Positions 17,909 through 28,412 of a stretch of 32,000 bases of DNA are shown in pieces. The stretch comes from Vibrio vulnificus CMCP6 (GTDB taxonomy: Bacteria; Pseudomonadota; Gammaproteobacteria; Enterobacterales; Vibrionaceae), in contig NC_004459.3 of the NCBI RefSeq assembly GCF_000039765.1, forward strand, positions 3,249,867 through 3,281,866. The letters are read 5' to 3'. Numbering within the stretch: the first letter of the stretch is position 1; every line of letters starts with the position of its first letter. A program made the position numbers and the translations under genes. The notes under the pieces are model-generated. The model ran no database searches. It was given only the letters and a program-made list of their open reading frames with translations, and was not told where the DNA came from.

Positions 17909-18973
17909 ATGTCTGACACGCAATCATCATCGAGAAAACTAAGTATCTACATTATTACCACGATTTTAGTAATTTGGCTTTATAGTCTTTGGGCCGACAG
18001 GGTTACACCAATCACCAGCAGTGCCCGGATCCATTCTTATCTTGTACAGATCGCACCTGAGGTAACAGGCAATATCATTGACGTTTCAGTCAGTGACAAT
18101 CAGATCGTGAATGCCGGCGACCTTTTGTTCCGAATCGATCCAAGAAACTACGACATTGCTCTTAGAGCGGCTCAAGCAGAGTTGGAGTTAGTCGGTCAAA
18201 GTATTGGTGCAAATACTGCGGCCGTAGAGGTTGCACAGGCTAGAGTTGTAGAAGCTCTGGCTGCGAGAAATAATGCTCGTGAGCAAGCAGCCAGAACGGA
18301 AACACTGGCTAAGCGGGGGGTCTTAAGTAAGGCAGATCTGGACAATGCACTAGAATCAAAAACTCGTGCGCAAGCTGGGCTGGAGGCCGCGGAAGCAGCA
18401 TTAGTGCAAGCAAAACAAAACTTGGGGCCTGCTGGTAATAACAACCCGCAAATTCTCGCGGCGATGGCCAAACTTGAAAAAGCTCAGCTTGACCTTCAAA
18501 AAACCAATGTTACTGCGCCTTCAAAGGGAGTTTTGACTAATGTCCAACTCACGAACGGACAACGTGCTAATGCTGGCACGCCATTATTAACATTCATTGA
18601 CCCTCGTGGCGTATGGATCTCGGCCCAGCTACGAGAAAACTCTCTTGAACATATTCGAGAAGGGCAACGTGTCGATATTGTATTGGATGCGCTGCCAGGT
18701 CGTGTTCTCTCCGGAAAAATTGACAGCATTGGCTGGGGGACAGGAGGCAGTAATAATGTAGATGCCACTACAGGTTTTTTAGTCGCAGATAACAAGGCAA
18801 TCAGTGCCCAGCGTTACCCTGTTAATATTGTCTTTGATGACGTAGAGAGACTTTCAAACGTCCGATTTGGTTCTCAAGCTACCGTTGCAGTCTATACTGA
18901 GAAAAGCAAATTTGGTGAGTGGCTAGCAAGCATTTGGATGCATGTACTGAGTGTTTGGACTTATGTTTCGTAG
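17909..18973 (+). CDS. HlyD/EmrA-type membrane fusion (periplasmic adaptor) protein
   Basis: TM helix 'LSIYIITTILVIWLYSLWA', biotinyl-lipoyl-like 'VQIAPEVTGNIIDVSVSDNQIVNAGDLLFRIDPRNYDIAL', coiled coil, and 'VTAPSKGVLTNVQLTNGQRANAGTPLLTFIDPRGVWISAQLRE'. Preferred start MSDTQ at 17909. Confidence 0.85.
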   Translation: MSDTQSSSRKLSIYIITTILVIWLYSLWADRVTPITSSARIHSYLVQIAPEVTGNIIDVSVSDNQIVNAGDLLFRIDPRNYDIALRAAQAELELVGQSIGANTAAVEVAQARVVEALAARNNAREQAARTETLAKRGVLSKADLDNALESKTRAQAGLEAAEAALVQAKQNLGPAGNNNPQILAAMAKLEKAQLDLQKTNVTAPSKGVLTNVQLTNGQRANAGTPLLTFIDPRGVWISAQLRENSLEHIREGQRVDIVLDALPGRVLSGKIDSIGWGTGGSNNVDATTGFLVADNKAISAQRYPVNIVFDDVERLSNVRFGSQATVAVYTEKSKFGEWLASIWMHVLSVWTYVS

Positions 18974-19970
18974 CGCCGCGAATCCGGTGCTTCGTTTGGT
19001 TTTAGCACCATCAATACTGCTCTTTTATCTCTCAGCACATGGAGCGCTCTTGCCCATACTTGCCCCAATTTTTGTGGTGATTTTTTTAACGATCATGCCA
19101 TCAAAACCTCCCGTAGATATGCTGATTAAGCTTCTTGCGGTTATGGTATTTGTCAGCCTTGGTGTTGTATTGTTAGGGGAACAGCTCATCGATTCTCCAA
19201 CGGGCTACGGGCTTTATTGCTGGGCGCTTTTATTCTGGAGTTTTTACCGAAGTCACGAAAATCCCAAAGACATTTTGGCCACATTTGTCTTATTGGTTGT
19301 GATTATGATGAGTGTCATCAATCTGCAATTCGGTATATCAAGTTTTGGCTTGCCAGCACTGATGCTTGAAGCGAGTGTCATCGCGTTGATCGTCACTTAC
19401 TTTAGCTTTTTGCTGTTCCCAGGCGATGAAAAAGAAATAAAGACTGATGAAGAGGACCCCAAAGGAGCAAACTCCCACCTGGGGCTTATCTTTTTCAAAA
19501 GTATTGCAATGGCCTTAGTGATGGTTGCACTTATCGCTTCAGGAAGCTCCCAATCCATATTAATTGGTATTACCATCAGTAGTATGATTAGGGTTCCATT
19601 TTCTGATGATCACCGCTTATTTAGTCGGAATCGTATCACGACCACCGCTATCGGTATACTCTTCACGCTCCCAATGGTTCTGCTTTCGATTGTTGGCTGG
19701 CCTACATGGGCACTGTTCGGCGCTACGTTGTTTTTAGGCTTGCAATTGGCTTGCTTCGCTATGCGCCAGCGATGCCGTATGAGTATCTATCAACTCCTGT
19801 TTACCAACTTTTTTGTTCTGGTCAGTCAGGTTCTAAATTATCAGGGAGATGACCCATTCTCCTCTCACTTGACGCGATTAATATCAATCGCAACAGCCAT
19901 TTTGATTGGTTACTTGATACTTAACCTTACTCAGACTACTTCTCACTATGTGGTTGATAAAGTAGATTAA
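18951..19970 (+). CDS. DUF2955/FUSC-like membrane protein
   Basis: 339 aa multi-TM protein, overlapping and immediately downstream of the HlyD-like gene. This arrangement is typical of aromatic-acid/biocide efflux pairs. Confidence 0.7.
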   Translation: MFGLMFRSAANPVLRLVLAPSILLFYLSAHGALLPILAPIFVVIFLTIMPSKPPVDMLIKLLAVMVFVSLGVVLLGEQLIDSPTGYGLYCWALLFWSFYRSHENPKDILATFVLLVVIMMSVINLQFGISSFGLPALMLEASVIALIVTYFSFLLFPGDEKEIKTDEEDPKGANSHLGLIFFKSIAMALVMVALIASGSSQSILIGITISSMIRVPFSDDHRLFSRNRITTTAIGILFTLPMVLLSIVGWPTWALFGATLFLGLQLACFAMRQRCRMSIYQLLFTNFFVLVSQVLNYQGDDPFSSHLTRLISIATAILIGYLILNLTQTTSHYVVDKVD

Positions 19971-20021
19971 TCGTCATTACTTGGGTTCAACTTTGACTAA
20001 CTCGTTCTTAAGGAGGTTTTT

Positions 20022-21536
20022 TTGAAATGGATGCGTGTTCTAGTTGTTGCTAGCTGTTTTGGATTGCTTGCGTGTTCAGCTTCCAACCCATTAGTGACTG
20101 AAAAAAAGCTTAGCTACCACTCTGGCTATCAGGAAGGTAGCACTCTGGCCAAATATTATGAGCAGCTTCGCCCTGAAACGGTGAAAGACAATTTAACCGG
20201 CTTTCACTCTCTCAATAATGGCGATGACGCCCTACTCGCCCGAATCGCCTTGATTACAAGTGCTCAGCACTCGTTGGATTTGCAGTACTACCTGTTTGGA
20301 GATGATGAAACAAGCAAAATCATCACATGGCGGCTCTATGAAGCAGCGCAACGCGGCGTCAAAGTGAGACTTTTGCTTGACGATATGCAGCGTCGGGACG
20401 ACCAGGTCATGGCGCTGTTGAATGACCATCCGAACATCGAAATACGTCTGTTCAATCCATACACCAACAGGTTTTTCCGGGGTTTATCTTTCCTCACCGA
20501 TTTTTCTCGACTCAATCATCGTATGCACAATAAATCGATGACTGCCGATGGTGTGGCAGCTATTGTGGGTGGTCGTAACATCGGCAACGAATATTTTTCA
20601 TTTTCCACCCAAGTTGAATTTGGCGATTTTGACGTGCTGCTTTTTGGTCCTGCGGTTGTTGAAACAGCAACTCAGTTTGATTTGTACTGGAACAGCGACC
20701 AAACACAACCCGTCAGTGCGCTTGTTTCGCTCTCTGATTACGAGACGCAATACGCCTTGGAAGACCTTGTTGATGTGAACGCATTAGTAGCGCCTTTTAG
20801 AGACGGTGAATATGACATCAGCCAACTAGAGCTATTTGAGCACCTAAAGCACGGTACGCTCAAGCTTTACTGGGGTGAAGCAGTACTCTGGTATGACTTA
20901 CCAGACAAGGTAGAAACCCGTGATAGTCAGGTAGCGGAACAACTCGCCGAAAGACTAAACAATGTAACTGACTACATCTTGATCATTTCTCCTTATTTTG
21001 TGCCCACTGAAGCAGGTACCCTAGGACTGAAAAGGTTGGCGGAGAGCGGAGTGAAAGTTACGATTGTCACTAACAGCTTGGCTTCAAATGATGTTTTCGC
21101 GGTTCATGGCTGGTATGCCAAATATCGAGAAGAATTGCTGACAAGTGGCATTACCCTTTGGGAAATTAAAGCCAGTGCAGAAATCAAACGCCAATGGAGT
21201 TTGATCGGGAGTCAGCGAGCAAGCCTCCATGCCAAAGTCATCGTCATCGATGATGCTGATTTTATTGTTGGATCGATGAACTGGGATCCTCGCTCAGCCT
21301 ATATCAATACTGAAATGGCAGTTCATATTACACATCCTGAATATGTTAAAGAGGCCACTGTTCAATTAAACAGTGCGTTGCCTAAAGACGCATATTACGT
21401 TGAGATTCGAGAGGGAAATTTACATTGGACAGATTTAGGGAATGGTAAAGTTTATGACAGCGAGCCAGAATCTAGTATCTGGAGAAGCATTGGAGCTTGG
21501 CTCTCTGGTGTTTTACCTATTGAAGGTATGCTTTAA
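20022..21536 (+). CDS. Phospholipase D / cardiolipin-synthase-like lipoprotein
   Basis: Lipobox 'CFGLLACSA' and two PLD motifs: 'HNKSMTADGVAAIVGGRNIGNEYF' and 'HAKVIVIDDADFIVGSMNWDPRS'. Confidence 0.85.
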   Translation: MKWMRVLVVASCFGLLACSASNPLVTEKKLSYHSGYQEGSTLAKYYEQLRPETVKDNLTGFHSLNNGDDALLARIALITSAQHSLDLQYYLFGDDETSKIITWRLYEAAQRGVKVRLLLDDMQRRDDQVMALLNDHPNIEIRLFNPYTNRFFRGLSFLTDFSRLNHRMHNKSMTADGVAAIVGGRNIGNEYFSFSTQVEFGDFDVLLFGPAVVETATQFDLYWNSDQTQPVSALVSLSDYETQYALEDLVDVNALVAPFRDGEYDISQLELFEHLKHGTLKLYWGEAVLWYDLPDKVETRDSQVAEQLAERLNNVTDYILIISPYFVPTEAGTLGLKRLAESGVKVTIVTNSLASNDVFAVHGWYAKYREELLTSGITLWEIKASAEIKRQWSLIGSQRASLHAKVIVIDDADFIVGSMNWDPRSAYINTEMAVHITHPEYVKEATVQLNSALPKDAYYVEIREGNLHWTDLGNGKVYDSEPESSIWRSIGAWLSGVLPIEGML

Positions 21537-21649
21537 ATATAATCATTTCTTAAATATGGGTTGGTCCGTATTTTTACTCGCGCTGATAGAACGTTCGGTT
21601 CCTTCAAGAGTTTTTCGTCGCTAGCCCTCTTCAGGCTGAAGTTGATTTA

Positions 21650-22663
21650 GTTACATCAAATTACGCAACATATATCGACACACCTCAGTATGCAATGAGT
21701 CTTCCATAGCATCCGCTTTGTTAGTTCCGCAACGAACCACTGTGTGAGCACCGTGAATAAGTCATGTTCTTAATTCACGATTGCCATTTTTCGATAGAGA
21801 GCTAAGACAACTTTTTCCGCCTGTACTATTTTGTTTAAGAATCAGACTACACCATGCAGAGAACTGGCGATCATTTTGGAGTTGGTTTCCAGCTCCTACC
21901 TCACTAATCAGTGCCGCTGTCAAAATCGGCCCAAAATCAGAAATATTCCGAATGACCTCATATCTTTGGTTTTGCTGACTCAATATGGTGACACTTTGAG
22001 TCATTGCATCTATCTCTTCGCTAAGGCTGACAAAGTAATAGTATAAAGTTTGCAGTAAGTTCCTCATTACTGGAGAAAGCTTATTCTCTGCATCTTCAAG
22101 AGCTCTCGGTAAATGACACCGCAAAGCTATAATGGAAATAGGAAATACAACACCGTACTCAGCAGTCAATCCCTTGATCTGGTTCGCTAAGGCAGTTCTG
22201 TTCTCCACCAAACGTTTAAGGACACTGCGTATCGCTTTGAGGTCTTGTTAATCAATAGATTTAACAGGGTCAGGCATAGAAAAGGCATCGAAAATAGCTC
22301 TTGCATCATTGGCGTCGTTCTTTTACCGATCAACAAATGGTTTTACATGCTGAGATGGAATAAGCGCTACTGTATATCCCAGCTCTTGAAATATTCTGCC
22401 CCAATGATGAGAAGTTGCACATGAGTCATTGCAAGAGCAGTTTGCTCTGGTAGTTGACGGATAGTATCAAGAAGCTTATCTCGCTTTACCTTTATGTTTG
22501 ACAATATTTGTCCATCAGTACTCAACACACATACTTGGAAGAGATTTTTTGCTGTATCGATACCGGCAACTTTAATAGACAGACGTGTTACTTCTTTTCT
22601 CACTGGTTGTACTATTAGTTTGGTACAACGACGCTAGAAGGTAGGTGCGTGCATCACATCACA
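21650..22663 (-). mobile_element. IS110-family remnant with frameshifted transposase
   Basis: Fragments 'IKVAGIDTAKNLFQVCVLSTDGQILSNIKVKRDKLLDTIRQLPEQTA', 'MVENRTALANQIKGLTAEYGVVFP...RNISDFGPILTAALISEVGAGNQLQNDRQFSAW' and a degenerate C-terminal part near 21700. Confidence 0.75.
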
Positions 22664-22975
22664 GCCTTATCCATAGATAATCTAACGAAAACATTTCTTT
22701 AAATAAAAAATTAAAGACTATTTCATCATAGTAAATGACTTTCTAGTAAGAATGTTCATAAATAATATCTTATTGATGGAGTGAATGTATCGCACGAGTA
22801 TTCCTACTTTATCTATGCTTTATTATTATGTTACAAATTAGTGATTTTGGGTGCTTTTATATTGTAGCGAATATTAGTATTTTTACATCTGGGTGATGTA
22901 GATTTGTACAATATTTAGTAGTGCCATGTATATTATCTATGTATATGGTCGCGGTATTTATGAAATTAATGTGAC

Positions 22976-24622
22976 GTGAAAGAAGACTATAGTAACTATA
23001 AAGTGTTAATCGCAGATGATTCTAGGTTGGTGGTAAATTCAGTTAACCTAGCTATTAAACAATTGGGGTTTCACTCAGATAACATTCATCTGGCCTATAA
23101 ACCTTCAGAGGTTATTGCCTTGTGCAAGTCAGTTGATATGGACATAATCATACTAGATTATAATTTCAACTCAAATTTAAATGGGCATCAGATTTTTTAT
23201 GAGCTATCCCATTATAAAAGTATAAAACCCACCACTATTTTTGTTTATGTAACGGGCGAGAATGCGCTTAAAACTGTCAAGACGATACTTGAGTCTGGCC
23301 CTGATGACTATATTTTAAAGCCATTTACTCAACCAGCTATAAAAGGAAGGCTTAGAACTATAATTAAAAAGAAAAATAGTCTAATGCCTATATATGAACG
23401 TATTGAGCATAACGATTTTGAGCAGGCAATTACAGAGTGTGATGACTTGTTACCTTTCTTTCCACAACACAACTTAACGATTCGTCAACTAAAGTCTAAA
23501 TCTTTAATAAGTCTTAAACGTTACGAAGAGGCTAAACAAGAGTATCAACAACTACTTAAAGAAAATAGTTATGACTGGATAAAAACTAGCTTAGCCAATG
23601 TTATGATCCTCAATGATGAAAATGAAGAGGCAAAAAATATTCTTGAGCAAGTTTCAGATAAGAAGCTTAATCATCTTTATCATGATGAAATGTCGAATGT
23701 AAAAGCATACGAAAATGATGTCCCTGCTGCAATAAAGCACCTCAAAGTTGCAACAATGTTATTAGAGGCCGGGCTCGATCGTGAACTGATTATTGCGAAC
23801 TTATCAATATCGTGTGATTCGTATGATGAAGCGTTTAAGTACATTAAATTATATTATACGCACAACAATAATACCTTTAAGGTAACAGATAGAACGCGTC
23901 TACTCTACGTACAGTATTTTCTATATAGATGTTTTAGTTCAAATACTCTCAATAATATAGACAATGCATTATTAACAGTTAAGTCGGAAATTGATAGGCT
24001 TGGTAGAGTTGAAAGCTTTTCACTTCAATATGACTTGGTTATGTCCACTATTGCATTACTTAAACAAGATCTCGGTGAAAGCTATCGGTTGCTTAGCCAT
24101 GTTATGAGTAAGCTAAATGATGGAAATTTTGACTTTTATGATATGTACCATTTGGTATTCGTATTAGAAAAAATGTCATTTATCAACCAACTTCCAGAAT
24201 ATGTATTGAAGTGTAAATCACTCATCGATGAAAGTATGCATCCTAATATTATGAGAAGTCAAATTCATATGCAAAATAGTCAAGAACGAAGATTAAAAGA
24301 CAAAATTGATCGTTCAGAGGAAATAAAAAGAGATATACGCAAACTTAGTAGCAATCCGGCTAATTTTTCGAAAATAATTGATTTGTTTTGTCAGCTTCAT
24401 GAGATCTTTCCTAAATCAATTGAATTTTGTTTATTCTTTGTCAAGTTTGTGGCAGTTAATGAAAAACAGTACCAAGGTGAAAATAGTATTCACCTAATGC
24501 TCAATCAATGCAATAGAAACCTTAATGAACTTCTCTCCGCTGAAAAGATTAAAAAAATAGGTTATGAAAAAATATATAGTACAGCTTTGGGAAATGTCAA
24601 TGGTTATAAGAAAACAGCATAG
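22976..24622 (+). CDS. VieB-like receiver plus TPR-type protein
   Basis: N-terminal REC 'KVLIADDSRLVVNSVNLAIKQLGF...MDIIILDYNF...FVYVTGENALKTVKTILESGPDDYILKPF', then a long helical repeat region. GTG start. Adjacent to VieS-like and VieA-like genes. Confidence 0.75.
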   Translation: MKEDYSNYKVLIADDSRLVVNSVNLAIKQLGFHSDNIHLAYKPSEVIALCKSVDMDIIILDYNFNSNLNGHQIFYELSHYKSIKPTTIFVYVTGENALKTVKTILESGPDDYILKPFTQPAIKGRLRTIIKKKNSLMPIYERIEHNDFEQAITECDDLLPFFPQHNLTIRQLKSKSLISLKRYEEAKQEYQQLLKENSYDWIKTSLANVMILNDENEEAKNILEQVSDKKLNHLYHDEMSNVKAYENDVPAAIKHLKVATMLLEAGLDRELIIANLSISCDSYDEAFKYIKLYYTHNNNTFKVTDRTRLLYVQYFLYRCFSSNTLNNIDNALLTVKSEIDRLGRVESFSLQYDLVMSTIALLKQDLGESYRLLSHVMSKLNDGNFDFYDMYHLVFVLEKMSFINQLPEYVLKCKSLIDESMHPNIMRSQIHMQNSQERRLKDKIDRSEEIKRDIRKLSSNPANFSKIIDLFCQLHEIFPKSIEFCLFFVKFVAVNEKQYQGENSIHLMLNQCNRNLNELLSAEKIKKIGYEKIYSTALGNVNGYKKTA

Positions 24623-27600
24623 GTTGTTAATTCCCAAGTTTTTATTGTCAATTTTTATTGGCTTAATCTTGATTGGAAAAACTACTCTAGCCATTGCCGA
24701 AGAAATTAAAGTCGGGATGCTTGATGATGATGATATTTATTCTTCATTGCAAACTAAAGTCTATCTAAGCGACTTTGAATCAGTATTAAATCTAACCAAT
24801 TTCACTGCTGGCTATTATTATTTCGGCAGCATTGACACACTACTTTATGCCGTAGATACAGGGACTATTGATCTAGCAATTGGTTTTAGTCGAAATAGAA
24901 ATCGAGAAAGTATATTCGATTTTTCTATGCATACCACAGAAAGTAAGGTTGTTGCATGGCACGCCAATTATATCGACATAAATCAAAACAGTTTAAAGTC
25001 ATATCGGTGGGCTTGTATTAAGTCGTCAGTATTTTGTAGTCAGCTAGAAACTAATGGTATAAGAAACATTCTTGAAGTTGAAAACTATACAGAGATGTTT
25101 CTATCAGTGGTTAATAAACGTGCTGATATTTTATTGAGTAGTTATGTCTCCATTGCACAGTTTATAGAGTCAAGCAGTGTAGAAGGTAAAGTTGTTCTAC
25201 CCAAGTGGGTAGAAGATGAGTATGTAAGTATAATGGTGAGTAAGAAAAATCCTCGCTTACTTTCTGAAATTAATCAAGCTATTATCCAATCAGCAAACGT
25301 CGATAATAACACCCATGATTCACAAGAAAGATTTGACGAATTACACAGGCTTGATAATGCAATCATGTCATTAGAAGATAAGTTTTCTAGTGATAAAGTG
25401 TTTACTTATTATATAAGTGATGAAGCATATCCATTTTCATTCTTGAATTCTGATGGGGAAAATGTAGGTTATATACCTGATTTATTTGATTTGATTGAAT
25501 CGAGGACAGGTATATCTTTTACTCTTGTATCTAATAGAAATGACGCATCTAGCCGATTTGATATTTATCCCTTGTCAATCGCTTCGGACAAAAAACACAA
25601 TGGTTATAATGAAACCATCCCGTACATGAATTTAAAATATAAAGCACTTGTCAGCCAGAGAGATGAAAATATATATAATGAAAATATTTATTTCGCAGGT
25701 GTGTTATTTGCAAATGGCTTATACAACAAGGATATGAAAAATCAACACTTTGGCGATATGTCAATTGTATATACAGATATTGATGATCTCTTAAAATCGT
25801 TAAAATATGGTGCTATTAGTAAAGCATACATCCGTGAGGATGTTCTTTCTGAATATGTTGCACTAAATAAGCTCGATGGCTATACCATACTAAGAGATTC
25901 TGACATTCAGTTTAGTACTGGTATGTATGTGAGTGATCCAGATCTTCACCAGCTTTTAAATTCGTTCTTTGTCACACTCAAGGAGAGTGACATTGAGAAA
26001 ATTAAGAAAAAATACTTTAGCTACAACGTAGGATATGGTTATCAAGAATCACATGTTGTATTAGCTTCAAGTATCCTAATTGGCATCATCGTATTACTCA
26101 TAGCAGTATATTTTATTGTTACCAAAAATCTCACTAATAAGGTAATAACTAAAGACAAAGACATTTTCAATATAGAACAAAGTCGTGCTTTTCTTCAGTC
26201 GATTATAGAAACCATACCCGCAAAAATATGGATTCATAACTCAAAACATGAGTTGATATTAACCAATTGCGTAGAAAAAATTGATAATAACTGTGTTGGT
26301 TGTGATATGTCAGTAGCTAGCACATCTCAGCTATTTGTTGAAGATTGGCATGAAATCGATCGCGTTTTAGAGACCGGTGAAAAGCTTTCCTCATATGTTC
26401 AAGCTGGGTGTTCATTCGGCACTCAAAAGCATTACAACTATTCACGTATTCCGGTGAAAATTAATCGTATAGAGAGATGTGTTCTCACGATAGCCAACGA
26501 TATTACTGAAGAACGAGCCAACCAGCAGTTATTAATTGAAGCTAATACAAAAGCAGAGAAAGCCGTACAAGCTCGTCAGATGTTTTTGGCGACCATGAGT
26601 CATGAGCTAAGAACTCCTATCGCGGGAATGATGGGTCTACTCGAGATGGTTACGTCTAAAACAGAAGATAAAGAATCATTATTTTTATTAGATCAGATCT
26701 CAGCGTCTGCAAAAAACCTAAATTTCTTGGTTAATGATATTCTCGATTTTTCAAAGTTAGAATCTAATCAAGTAGTGATATGCAACGAAGAAACATCAAT
26801 ACTTACCGCTTTGTGTGAAAGCCTTAGAGGCCATTATGTAGCAGCTAGAAATAAAGGGCTGAACTTTGAATTAGATTGGCCTGCAAATGATATTAAAACG
26901 ATTAATATCGATTTTTTGCGTCTTAATCAAATAATTAATAATTTATTGACCAATGCTATTAAGTTTACCCATAAGGGAACAGTAAGGGTTCAAGTTAGTT
27001 TAGAATCAGAACGTATCCAAATTATCGTGGCAGATACTGGCGTAGGGATGACGCAAGAGCAAAAAGAAAATGTGTTTTTACCATTTGTTCAAGCTGATAA
27101 TAGTATCACCCGTAAATACGGTGGCACTGGGTTGGGGCTGTCTATCGTCCATGATCTAGTTTCACTGATGGGCGGTACTATATTTATTAATAGTACGCTA
27201 GGTCTTGGAACTGAAATTACAGTCTCAATGCCTACTATGGTTGTTGAGCGTTTCCAAGTTATATTCCCTCAACTGAATGTGATGGAGTCTGGGCTGAATA
27301 CGAAAGTTAAAGAGTGGATATCAATGTGGTGCCCATCTCAAAGTAAACAATCGACTGCTACCAATGTTATGGTTCATAGCAATGATGTTTCTTTCTACGA
27401 TGATAATCTTATCCAAATATCAATCCGAGAAAATATTCATGATTACATAGAAACTACTGGAAACATCACTACTATTTTAGACAAACCATTTTTCCCTGAT
27501 CTGCTATTAACGGCACTTCATCAAATTTCAAGCGAAGAGAACGCGAGTTCAAAACAAACTAGGCGTAAGCAATTGTCGGGTAATGTCCTAGTGGCAGAAG

Positions 27601-28328
27601 ATAATGCCATCAACGCAATTCTTTTTAGTAAACAACTCTCTGAGCTCGGTATAAATGCTGACGTCGTCCCCAATGGCTTAATTGCATTTAATAAGCTAAC
27701 CGAAGAATCACATGGTTATGATCTGTTAATCACCGACTACCATATGCCAGAGATGGACGGTATGCAATTAGTAGCTAACTTGCGCGAAATAGAGTGTCAC
27801 ATCCCAGTCATTGGATGTACAGCAGAAGATTTTCGCCATATTGATCAAGAGTTTTCTAGCAGTGGTTTTGACCATGTACTGTTTAAGCCATACACCCTAA
27901 AACAGTTAATAAAAATATTATCTAAACATCTACCGGTTGCTGAATACCTTAATAAAGTAGAGCAGGCGATACATTTCCAGGCTGGAGACTATTGGCTAAA
28001 CCAATTTTCAGCTGAAGATGCCCGTGATATGTGCACAATTTTCTTAGAGTCTATTGCGGATGATGTTGCTGAGTTAAAACAAGCGGTAAGTCATGAAGAT
28101 ACGCTGCGTATAAGAAACATTTCTCATCGGATTAAAGGTGGGATGGGCACAATTGGCTTAATGAGACTATACGAGCTTGCCAGAACAGTCGAAGAAAAAG
28201 CGTCGCTGCGCAGTCATGATACGTTAGAGCTATGTGCTGATCTAACTAAACAGCTCGATCTTGAACTGAGTTCCGTATCGCAATGGCAGTGTAATAACGT
28301 AGCGGAAGCTGAAATAGGTTGTGTTTGA
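24600..28328 (+). CDS. BvgS/VieS-like hybrid sensor histidine kinase
   Basis: Signal/TM, two periplasmic SBP-like modules ('EIKVGMLDDDDIYSSL' and 'KVFTYYISDEAYPFSFLNSDGENVGYIPDLFDLI'), HisKA 'FLATMSHELRTPIAGMMGLLEMV', HATPase, REC 'DLLITDYHMPEMDGMQLV', HPt 'ISHRIKGGMGTIGL'. ORF open from 24564. Confidence 0.85.
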   Translation: MVIRKQHRLLIPKFLLSIFIGLILIGKTTLAIAEEIKVGMLDDDDIYSSLQTKVYLSDFESVLNLTNFTAGYYYFGSIDTLLYAVDTGTIDLAIGFSRNRNRESIFDFSMHTTESKVVAWHANYIDINQNSLKSYRWACIKSSVFCSQLETNGIRNILEVENYTEMFLSVVNKRADILLSSYVSIAQFIESSSVEGKVVLPKWVEDEYVSIMVSKKNPRLLSEINQAIIQSANVDNNTHDSQERFDELHRLDNAIMSLEDKFSSDKVFTYYISDEAYPFSFLNSDGENVGYIPDLFDLIESRTGISFTLVSNRNDASSRFDIYPLSIASDKKHNGYNETIPYMNLKYKALVSQRDENIYNENIYFAGVLFANGLYNKDMKNQHFGDMSIVYTDIDDLLKSLKYGAISKAYIREDVLSEYVALNKLDGYTILRDSDIQFSTGMYVSDPDLHQLLNSFFVTLKESDIEKIKKKYFSYNVGYGYQESHVVLASSILIGIIVLLIAVYFIVTKNLTNKVITKDKDIFNIEQSRAFLQSIIETIPAKIWIHNSKHELILTNCVEKIDNNCVGCDMSVASTSQLFVEDWHEIDRVLETGEKLSSYVQAGCSFGTQKHYNYSRIPVKINRIERCVLTIANDITEERANQQLLIEANTKAEKAVQARQMFLATMSHELRTPIAGMMGLLEMVTSKTEDKESLFLLDQISASAKNLNFLVNDILDFSKLESNQVVICNEETSILTALCESLRGHYVAARNKGLNFELDWPANDIKTINIDFLRLNQIINNLLTNAIKFTHKGTVRVQVSLESERIQIIVADTGVGMTQEQKENVFLPFVQADNSITRKYGGTGLGLSIVHDLVSLMGGTIFINSTLGLGTEITVSMPTMVVERFQVIFPQLNVMESGLNTKVKEWISMWCPSQSKQSTATNVMVHSNDVSFYDDNLIQISIRENIHDYIETTGNITTILDKPFFPDLLLTALHQISSEENASSKQTRRKQLSGNVLVAEDNAINAILFSKQLSELGINADVVPNGLIAFNKLTEESHGYDLLITDYHMPEMDGMQLVANLREIECHIPVIGCTAEDFRHIDQEFSSSGFDHVLFKPYTLKQLIKILSKHLPVAEYLNKVEQAIHFQAGDYWLNQFSAEDARDMCTIFLESIADDVAELKQAVSHEDTLRIRNISHRIKGGMGTIGLMRLYELARTVEEKASLRSHDTLELCADLTKQLDLELSSVSQWQCNNVAEAEIGCV

Positions 28329-28412
28329 TGTGATTTTAATTGATAAGCGCGAGATAATCGAGATTTGCATGCAGTTAAGTCAGAATAATTGCATACTTTG
28401 TGAGGCTGTAAA

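Noticed and set aside
18196-18795. ORFs 18196-18471 and 18496-18795 on the minus strand
   Set aside because: Antisense to the well-supported HlyD-like gene, with low-complexity Ala-rich translation from the coiled-coil codons.
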